57,329 bases of DNA from contig JALHND010000004.1 of assembly GCA_022843705.1 (NCBI GenBank), positions 1-57,329 on the forward strand, read 5' to 3'. Shown here piece by piece: positions 50,283-57,329 of this stretch. The notes below the pieces were generated by a model. The model saw only the letters and a program-made list of their open reading frames with translations, did not search any database and was not told the origin of the DNA. The translations under genes and the position numbers were made by a program. The number at the start of each line of letters is the position of its first letter. Positions within the stretch are counted from its first letter, which is position 1. The DNA comes from Burkholderiales bacterium. GTDB taxonomy: Bacteria > Pseudomonadota > Gammaproteobacteria > Burkholderiales > SG8-41.

Positions 50283-51674
50283 TCAGAGGATGACCGCGCT
50301 GTGCAGGGCCGGGATGTCGATGCCCCCCCAGCCGAGCCGGTCGCGGATGGTGGTTGCGAAAATTTCCGCGGTGTCCTGTTCGCCGTGGACGACGAAGGTG
50401 CGCTGCGGCGGGCGTTTGAAATGTTTCAGCCATTCGAGCAGGGCGGCCTGGTCGGCGTGGGCCGACAGGCCGCCGATGGTGTAGATGTCGGCCTTGACCG
50501 GCACCGGGATGCCGAAGAGGCGGACGGTTTTCGCGCCATCGACGATGCGGCGGCCCAGCGTGCCGGCTGCCTGGAAGCCGGCGATGATCACGCTGCAGTC
50601 GCGGCGGCCGAGGTTGTGGCGCAGGTGGTGCTTGATGCGGCCGGCATTGCACATGCCGCTCGCCGAAATGATCACCGCGCCCTGCTTGATGCGCTGCAGG
50701 CTGGTGGACTCCATCACGTCCTGCACGAAATGGATCCTTGGCCTCCCGCGCCGGCCCTTCATCCACTGCAGCATCGCCGCGGCGTCCTTGTCGAGCAGCT
50801 CCCAGTGTTTCGCCGTGATCTCGGTCGCCTTCAGCGCCATCGGTGAATCGACATAGATGTCCATATCAGGCAGCCGGTCACGGCGATAGAGGTCGACCAG
50901 CAGGTAGAGGATTTCCTGGGTACGGCCGACGGCGAAGGCGGGGATGATGACATTGCCCTTCTTGCGCGTCAGCGTGTCACTGACCGCGTGCTCGAGTTCG
51001 GCCAGCGTGTCGTCCATCGACTTGTGCAGCCGGTTGCCGTAGGTCGATTCGACCACCAGCACATCGGCCTCGGCGACCGCTGCGGGGTCGCGCACCAGAG
51101 GCCTGCAGGGCTGGCCGAGGTCCCCGGAAAAAACCAGCTTGCGCGTGCTGCCGCCGTCGCGCACCCACAGCTCAATGATTGCCGAGCCGATGATGTGTCC
51201 GGCATCGCGGAACACGCAGCGCACCGCCGGATGCGGCTGCAGCTCGCTGTCGTATTCCGCGCGCCGCAGCTGCTGCAGCGTGCGGTTGACCTGGGCAATG
51301 GTGTACAGCGGCGGCCGGTCAGAGCCGCGCAGCCCGGCCTTTTTTTTCCACTCCTGTTCCTTCTGCTGGATGTGCGCCGAGTCGGCGAGCATCACTTCAA
51401 GCAGGTCGGCGGTGGCGGCCGTGGCATGTATCGGGCCGCGGAAACCCTGCGCCACCAGCCGCGGCAGCAGGCCGGAATGGTCGATATGGGCATGGGTCAG
51501 CAGCACGAAATCCAGCGTTTCCGGCGCGAAACCGAAACGCGCGTAATTCCTGGCGTCGGCATCGCGGCCGCCCTGGAACATGCCGCAGTCGACGAGGAAG
51601 CAGACCTCCTCGGTCTCGACCAGGAAGCTTGAACCGGTGACTTCGCCGGCGGCGCCGAGGAAGGTCAGCTTCAT
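50283..51674 (-). CDS. MBL-fold beta-CASP family nuclease (RNA-metabolising metallo-beta-lactamase)
   Basis: LLTHAHIDHSG is the HxHxDH motif. The beta-CASP region and the C-terminal RNA-specificity-type domain (SAHADQAALLEW) are present. The start overlaps the SLOG gene stop (ATGA). Confidence 0.85.
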   Translation of the reverse strand: MKLTFLGAAGEVTGSSFLVETEEVCFLVDCGMFQGGRDADARNYARFGFAPETLDFVLLTHAHIDHSGLLPRLVAQGFRGPIHATAATADLLEVMLADSAHIQQKEQEWKKKAGLRGSDRPPLYTIAQVNRTLQQLRRAEYDSELQPHPAVRCVFRDAGHIIGSAIIELWVRDGGSTRKLVFSGDLGQPCRPLVRDPAAVAEADVLVVESTYGNRLHKSMDDTLAELEHAVSDTLTRKKGNVIIPAFAVGRTQEILYLLVDLYRRDRLPDMDIYVDSPMALKATEITAKHWELLDKDAAAMLQWMKGRRGRPRIHFVQDVMESTSLQRIKQGAVIISASGMCNAGRIKHHLRHNLGRRDCSVIIAGFQAAGTLGRRIVDGAKTVRLFGIPVPVKADIYTIGGLSAHADQAALLEWLKHFKRPPQRTFVVHGEQDTAEIFATTIRDRLGWGGIDIPALHSAVIL

Positions 51675-52114
51675 GCGGCTGCCCTGATGTCGGCGAGGAA
51701 AAGTGCCATGACGGCGCGCGCCCAGCCGTAGATCTGCGCTTGCTTGCTGGCGCGCGGGCCGGCGATGTTGAGCCTGCGGATGCCGTGCCGGGCGACGAAA
51801 CCGGCAATGGCCGTGGCAGCGCCGGCTTCATCCGTTTCCCCGCGCGCGATCACCAGCGAGGGTTTGCCGAGTTCTTCGCAGAACCTGAGGGTTTGCAGCG
51901 TGCCGTCGCTGTCCGCGACATTGGCGCGGGTGCGCTCGATGTAGCCGCTGCCGGGAATTTCGGTCAACGGGTAATGCTCCGGGATCGGCCCGTCCTCGGC
52001 CATGCGGCCGCCCGGACACCAGCCGCCGCAGGGGATGCCTGCGGCCAGTGCGGCATCCAGCGCCGCGCGGTCAACCCCCGTCTGTCCGCCGGAGACGATG
52101 GTGAACCTGCTCAT
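51671..52114 (-). CDS. SLOG-superfamily protein (YpsA / putative molybdenum-carrier family)
   Basis: IVSGGQTGVDRAALDAALAAGIPCGGWCPGGRMAEDGPIPEHYPL ... RTRANVADSDGTL ... LNIAGPRAS. The start overlaps the bioA stop (ATGA). Confidence 0.75.
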   Translation of the reverse strand: MSRFTIVSGGQTGVDRAALDAALAAGIPCGGWCPGGRMAEDGPIPEHYPLTEIPGSGYIERTRANVADSDGTLQTLRFCEELGKPSLVIARGETDEAGAATAIAGFVARHGIRRLNIAGPRASKQAQIYGWARAVMALFLADIRAAA

Positions 52115-53433
52115 GCGGCGTTGACCAGTCCGAGGGTGCGCGCCGCGAGCAGCGCCATTTCGTCATCACTGATCGAATACGGCGGCATGAAGTAGACCGT
52201 GTTGCCGATCGGGCGCAGCAGCAGCTCCTGCCGGAGCGCGGCCTCGAACAGCCTGTGGCCGAAGCCGGGTCCTGCACCGCCGACTTCGAAAGCCCAGATC
52301 ATGCCGGTGTTGCGGAAGTCGCGGACCCGCGGATGGGCGGCCAGTTCGCGGGTCAGTGCCGTCATGCGCGCCGCCTTGCCGCGGTTGGCCTCGATGACCT
52401 GATCCTCATCGAAGATGTCCAGCGTTGCCAGCGCCGCCCGGCAGGCGAGTGCGTTGCCGGTGTAGGAATGGGAATGCAGGAAGCCGCGGGTGGTGTCATC
52501 GTCGTAGAACGCATCGTACACGGCATCGGTGGTGAGCACGGCCGACAGCGGCAGATAGCCGCCGGTGATGCCTTTCGACAGGCAGAGAAAATCCGGAACG
52601 ATGGCGGCCTGCTGATGCGCGAAAAAGGTCCCGGTGCGCCCGAAGCCGGTCATGATCTCGTCGGCGATCAGATGCACCCCGTAACGGTCGCAGAGCAGTC
52701 GCGCCTGGCGCAGGTACTCGGCATCGTACATTGCCATGCCGGTGGCGCCCTGCACCAGTGGCTCGACAATCAGCGCGGCGGTGTTTGCATGGTGCTGTTC
52801 GAGGTGACGCTCCAGTGCCTGCGCGCAGGCCATCGCATGCTCTCGCGGCGACTCGCCGGGCGCGGCCTGCCGCCAGTCGGGGCTCGGCACCTGCGCGCTG
52901 TGGCGCAGCAGCGGCGCATAGGTGTCCTTGAACAGCGCGACGTCGGTCACCGACAGCGCGCCGAGGGTTTCGCCGTGGTAGCTGCCGGCGAGGCTGATGA
53001 ATTCCGTCTTTCCCGGCCTGCCGCGGTTGCGCCAGTAATGGAAACTCATTTTCAGCGCGATCTCGGTGGCCGAGGCGCCGTCGCTGCCGTAGAAGCAGTG
53101 GCCCAGCGCATGGCCGGTCAGCGCTGACAGCCGCTCCGACAGCTGCACCACCGGCTCGTGGGTGAAGCCCGCGAGCATCACGTGTTCCAGCTGCTGCAGC
53201 TGGTCGATCAGCGCCGCATTGATGCGCGGCTCCGCATGACCGAAGAGATTGACCCACCAGGAACTGACGGCGTCGAGGTAGCGCCTGCCGTCACAGTCGT
53301 AGAGCCAGCAGCCCTGTGCGCGCGCGACCGGAATGATCGGCAGCGTCTCGTGCTGCTTCATCTGTGTGCAGGGATGCCACACCGCGGTGCGGCTGCGTGT
53401 TAGCAGCACAGTGTTGCGAGTGCTGGTTTGCAT
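52111..53433 (-). CDS. bioA: Adenosylmethionine-8-amino-7-oxononanoate aminotransferase
   Basis: VWHPCTQM ... DAVSSWWVNLFGH ... SDGASATEIALKM ... SYHGETLGALS ... ADEIMTGFGRTG ... CLSKGITGG aligns along the whole of E. coli BioA. Confidence 0.93.
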   Translation of the reverse strand: MQTSTRNTVLLTRSRTAVWHPCTQMKQHETLPIIPVARAQGCWLYDCDGRRYLDAVSSWWVNLFGHAEPRINAALIDQLQQLEHVMLAGFTHEPVVQLSERLSALTGHALGHCFYGSDGASATEIALKMSFHYWRNRGRPGKTEFISLAGSYHGETLGALSVTDVALFKDTYAPLLRHSAQVPSPDWRQAAPGESPREHAMACAQALERHLEQHHANTAALIVEPLVQGATGMAMYDAEYLRQARLLCDRYGVHLIADEIMTGFGRTGTFFAHQQAAIVPDFLCLSKGITGGYLPLSAVLTTDAVYDAFYDDDTTRGFLHSHSYTGNALACRAALATLDIFDEDQVIEANRGKAARMTALTRELAAHPRVRDFRNTGMIWAFEVGGAGPGFGHRLFEAALRQELLLRPIGNTVYFMPPYSISDDEMALLAARTLGLVNAA

Positions 53434-53615
53434 TTCGGGACGGCCCTATCGAATACTTTGCAGCGTTCAACCTGCGTGCATCCCGGCCGTTATGCAGTCT
53501 GTGGCCGTTGTGCCGAGCCGGTTGTGCCGGCGCCCCGCAGTGGCACCGAATTTGCTCTGAATGTTTTCGGCGGTTGTTGTTGAGTTTAACAGCACACTAC
53601 AGGAGATGTTTGCGC

Positions 53616-54269
53616 ATGCAGATTCTAGAACGCATCGAAAGCCAGATGTCCGCCACCGGCCTGCCCCTGGTCGGCATCACGCTTGCCGCAGTGCCCTGTC
53701 CCGACACGCCGGTGATCCTGACCCTGCACTGGCACGGCTTCATCAAGCAGAAGCTCGTTGATATCGAAGAGGCGGAGGCCGTGGCCTATACGCCGATTCC
53801 GAGCTCGACGCTGCAGCTGAACGAGCGCTGGCATGACCTGGTGGCGGTGGATCGTGCGGCGATGGACGCGGGCTGGGAACTCGGCGCCTGGGATGTGGCG
53901 CGCTCGGAACAGCCCGGTTGCCTGCGTCCGGGTGCGGCGCCCACCGAAGCGCTGGAATGTCTGCAGGCTTTCGGCGCCTACCCCCACAGTGTCAATGGCG
54001 CGCAGGTGGCGGTATCCGATGCGCCGGACACCGACGATCTGGTCGAACTGGCGGCCAACCGCGGCTATCTGCTGTGGTCTTTCCGGCCGGTCTGCGGCGG
54101 CATCTGGAAAGAACTGGCGGACGATGCGACGCTGACCCGCGAAGGCCGCCGGCCTTCGCCCTGTCCTCATCTGCCGGTACCGCCAGCCTGCAGTGGCAAA
54201 CGCAGGACGGTTTACCGTTTCGGCTTCCCGGTCCATCGGGCCTTGCCGGTACCACAGACCAGAATGTGA
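53616..54269 (+). CDS. Hypothetical protein (217 aa)
   Basis: ATG 53616 lies 10 nt after AGGAG. Codons are G/C-ending. No family is recognised, and no signal peptide or TM segment is evident. Confidence 0.6.
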   Translation: MQILERIESQMSATGLPLVGITLAAVPCPDTPVILTLHWHGFIKQKLVDIEEAEAVAYTPIPSSTLQLNERWHDLVAVDRAAMDAGWELGAWDVARSEQPGCLRPGAAPTEALECLQAFGAYPHSVNGAQVAVSDAPDTDDLVELAANRGYLLWSFRPVCGGIWKELADDATLTREGRRPSPCPHLPVPPACSGKRRTVYRFGFPVHRALPVPQTRM

Positions 54270-54303
54270 TATAACTGATTGTTTTTAAACATATTTTAGA
54301 CTA
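54262..54303 (-). repeat. AT-rich module copy upstream of the groES control region
   Basis: The reverse complement reads TAGTCTAAAATATGTTTAAAAACAATCAGTTATATCACATTC. Confidence 0.5.
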
Positions 54304-54317
54304 ACCCCCGGTTAGTC
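54299..54317 (+). other. Perfect 8-bp hairpin GACTAACC-CCC-GGTTAGTC
   Basis: Inverted repeat read directly from the sequence, between the hypothetical gene and the groES control region. Confidence 0.5.
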
Positions 54318-54331
54318 AGTACTCACACCCG

Positions 54332-54360
54332 GAGGGGCGGCATTGCCGCCCCTCTTGCTT
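54332..54360 (+). terminator. Candidate intrinsic terminator of the upstream gene
   Basis: GAGGGGCGGC-ATT-GCCGCCCCTC is a perfect 10-bp GC stem, followed by TTGCTTT. It overlaps the proposed sigma32 -35 element. Confidence 0.4.
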
Positions 54361-54380
54361 TGGGGCGGGTACGCCCCTAT
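54354..54380 (+). promoter_or_regulatory. Candidate sigma32 (RpoH)-type heat-shock promoter of groESL
   Basis: CTTGCTT-13 nt-CCCCTAT resembles the RpoH consensus CTTGAAA-N13-15-CCCCATNT. It lies immediately upstream of CIRCE. Confidence 0.45.
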
Positions 54381-54382
54381 TA

Positions 54383-54409
54383 TTAGCACTCGCTAGAGCT
54401 GAGTGCTAA
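54383..54409. promoter_or_regulatory. CIRCE operator (HrcA binding site)
   Basis: TTAGCACTC-GCTAGAGCT-GAGTGCTAA is an exact match to the consensus TTAGCACTC-N9-GAGTGCTAA. It ends 65 nt before the groES ATG. Confidence 0.9.
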
Positions 54410-54473
54410 CAGCATCGCTCGCGGTAAACCCCGATTTATTCGATTCATCCAACTGATCTGAGGAGAATTACCC

Positions 54474-54761
54474 ATGAAGATTCGTCCGTTGCACGACCGC
54501 ATCATCGTGAAGCGGCTGGAAGAGGAACGCAAAACCGCTTCCGGAATCGTGATCCCCGACACCGCTGCCGAAAAACCCGATCAGGGTGAAGTGAAGGCGG
54601 TCGGCAAAGGCAAGAAGGCCGACGACGGCAAGATCATCCCGATCGACGTCAAGGTTGGCGACAAGGTCCTCTTCGGCAAGTACTCCGGCCAGACCGTGAA
54701 GGTCGAAGGCGAGGAACTGCTCGTGATGCGCGAAGAAGACATCATGGGCGTCATCGAGTAA
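54474..54761 (+). CDS. groES: Co-chaperonin GroES
   Basis: [35 protein letters not shown] ... with GGAG upstream. Confidence 0.97.
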   Translation: MKIRPLHDRIIVKRLEEERKTASGIVIPDTAAEKPDQGEVKAVGKGKKADDGKIIPIDVKVGDKVLFGKYSGQTVKVEGEELLVMREEDIMGVIE

Positions 54762-56441
<1,680 letters not shown>

Positions 56442-56456
<15 letters not shown>

Positions 56457-56561
56457 GGAGGCTGGACGAGCAGGAGGGAACCGACGGTTCCCTCCCGTGC
56501 CTTCCCTCCTTCGGGATATAGGTTGTTCAGGAAGCCCCGCGAAAGCGGGGCTTCTTTATTT
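56442..56561 (+). repeat. Structured CU-rich element, tandem copy 1 (candidate 3'UTR element or sRNA)
   Basis: Starts with GCGAATTACATTCCC and contains the hairpin GGAGGGAACC-GAC-GGTTCCCTCC and CCCTCC-type tracts. It ends in terminator 1. About 85 percent identical by eye to copy 2. Confidence 0.7.
56531..56561 (+). terminator. Intrinsic terminator 1 downstream of groEL
   Basis: GAAGCCCCGC-GAAA-GCGGGGCTTC followed by TTTATTT. Confidence 0.8.
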
Positions 56562-56569
56562 GCAGCTTC

Positions 56570-56691
56570 GCGAATTACATTCCCCCCTGGAAGGTGAACG
56601 AGCAGGGGGAACCGGTGGTTCCCTCCCGTGCCCTCCCTCCCTTGGGTCATCGGTTGTTCAAGAAACCCCGCTTCGGCGGGGTTTCTTTTTT
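56570..56691 (+). repeat. Structured CU-rich element, tandem copy 2
   Basis: It has the same architecture as copy 1, with the hairpin GGGGGAACC-GGT-GGTTCCCTCC, and ends in terminator 2. Confidence 0.7.
56662..56691 (+). terminator. Intrinsic terminator 2
   Basis: GAAACCCCGC-TTCG-GCGGGGTTTC followed by TTTTTT. Confidence 0.8.
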
Positions 56692-56739
56692 GGGGCGGGC
56701 TGCGCTTACAATGTGGCAGACCGTCCGGACACTGCAAAC

Positions 56740-57042
56740 ATGCCCATCGAATACACCGTGGTTTCCATCCTGCTGGCGCTGGTGCAGGTCGCGATTTACC
56801 TGTTTCTCGGCCGCGGCGCCATGTACATCCTCGCCGGCGCAGGGCGGGAACAGAACTTCATCTATCAGCTGTTCAAAAAGGGCACCGAGCCGCTGGTGAA
56901 AGCAACGCGCGTCATCTCGCCGAAGTTCGTCGTGGACCGCCATGTGCCGTTTGCGACATTGGCGCTGCTGGTGCTTGCCGGCTTGCTGCTGATCCAGGGC
57001 CGGCGCGCCATTTGTGTGGCCCAGCAGCTGGTCTGCGGCTGA
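56740..57042 (+). CDS. Small hypothetical membrane protein (100 aa, two predicted TM helices)
   Basis: MPIEYTVVSILLALVQVAIYLFLG ... FATLALLVLAGLLLIQG. Codons are G/C-ending. TACAAT lies about 30 nt upstream. The longer ORF from 56353 overlaps groEL and the repeats. Confidence 0.55.
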   Translation: MPIEYTVVSILLALVQVAIYLFLGRGAMYILAGAGREQNFIYQLFKKGTEPLVKATRVISPKFVVDRHVPFATLALLVLAGLLLIQGRRAICVAQQLVCG

Positions 57043-57054
57043 AGCGCTATTGCC

Positions 57055-57083
57055 TTGACGCAAAACGCTTTTGAGGTTTAAAT
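57055..57083 (+). promoter_or_regulatory. Candidate sigma70 promoter of tRNA-Phe
   Basis: TTGACG-17 nt-TTAAAT with the GC-rich discriminator AGCGCCC, which is typical of stable-RNA promoters. Confidence 0.45.
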
Positions 57084-57157
57084 AGCGCCCTTTCGCACGG
57101 TCTCGCTGGCCGGCGGAACCCCTTCCGCAGCAGTTTCTGTAACACCTCGCAGCACGG

Positions 57158-57233
57158 GGCCGGGTAGCTCAGTTGGTAGAGCAGAGGATTGAAAATCCTT
57201 GTGTCGGCGGTTCAATTCCGTCCCCGGCCACCA
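57158..57233 (+). tRNA. tRNA-Phe (anticodon GAA)
   Basis: 76-nt cloverleaf folded by hand: acceptor GGCCGGG/CCCGGCC, D-arm GCTC-AGTTGGTA-GAGC, anticodon stem-loop GAGGA-TTGAAAA-TCCTT, T-arm GGCGG-TTCAATT-CCGTC, and an encoded CCA. Confidence 0.93.
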
Positions 57234-57270
57234 TCGATTTGCGGAGCGCAGCGAGGCAAAATCGATACAG
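57232..57270 (+). repeat. 39-bp direct repeat, copy 1 (starts at the CA of the tRNA-Phe CCA end)
   Basis: CATCGATTTGCGGAGCGCAGCGAGGCAAAATCGATACAG is identical to 57291-57329 and contains an imperfect internal palindrome (TCGATTTGC ... GCAAAATCGA). Confidence 0.85.
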
Positions 57271-57290
57271 GTCAATCCGGCAACCCGGAT

Positions 57291-57329
57291 CATCGATTTG
57301 CGGAGCGCAGCGAGGCAAAATCGATACAG
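57291..57329 (+). repeat. 39-bp direct repeat, copy 2 (truncated by window end)
   Basis: Identical 39-mer, separated from copy 1 by the 20-nt spacer GTCAATCCGGCAACCCGGAT, which is itself a small hairpin (ATCCGG-CAAC-CCGGAT). Confidence 0.85.

Noticed and set aside
57232-57329. CRISPR array
   Set aside because: Only two repeats are visible. The 39-nt repeat with a 20-nt spacer is outside usual CRISPR geometry, there are no cas genes in the window, and the spacer is itself a palindrome. It is reported as a generic direct repeat instead.

Overview
This is a GC-rich proteobacterial chromosomal core region. Synteny suggests a betaproteobacterium, possibly Rhodocyclales- or Burkholderiales-like, but the taxon cannot be proven from the sequence alone. 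I call 56 protein genes and 2 tRNAs, densely packed, many with 4-nt start/stop overlaps. Recognisable blocks are: hemL-thiE-thiD; rubredoxin and gloA; rsmA-pdxA-surA-lptD divergent from amgK-murU; pepP-ubiH; dusB-fis; purH-purD-hemF; a livFGMH-plus-binding-protein ABC importer; cytochrome c; metY; ilvD; lgt; tRNA-Ala; ridA-recG-ubiC-ubiA-ubiD; bioA-SLOG-betaCASP-dacB; groES-groEL with a textbook CIRCE operator; and tRNA-Phe. No CRISPR array, transposase, integrase, prophage or recognisable defence island is visible.

Observations worth a second look:
1. A family of short, nearly pure A/T modules shares a core (about ATCAAT-AAAAACAAAYACTTATA). Most copies are intergenic, but two sit in frame inside purD and recG, where the codons switch to A/T-ending rare codons without any change in protein length.
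2. Directly behind the groEL stop codon lies a tandem pair of structured, terminator-capped, CU-rich elements of about 120 nt, with compensatory substitutions between copies.
3. A sensor histidine kinase is translationally coupled to a Hanks-type Ser/Thr kinase that carries two receiver domains.
4. Two tandem paralogous secreted proteins belong to no family I recognise.
5. A PA2778/PA2779-like peptidase and membrane-protein pair is present.
6. A SLOG and beta-CASP nuclease pair is wedged between bioA and dacB.
7. A 39-bp direct repeat starts at the CCA end of tRNA-Phe and runs off the window edge.

The many very long ORFs on the opposite strand or in alternative frames are judged to be GC-driven shadow ORFs. 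All similarity statements come from by-eye motif recognition; no searches were run.
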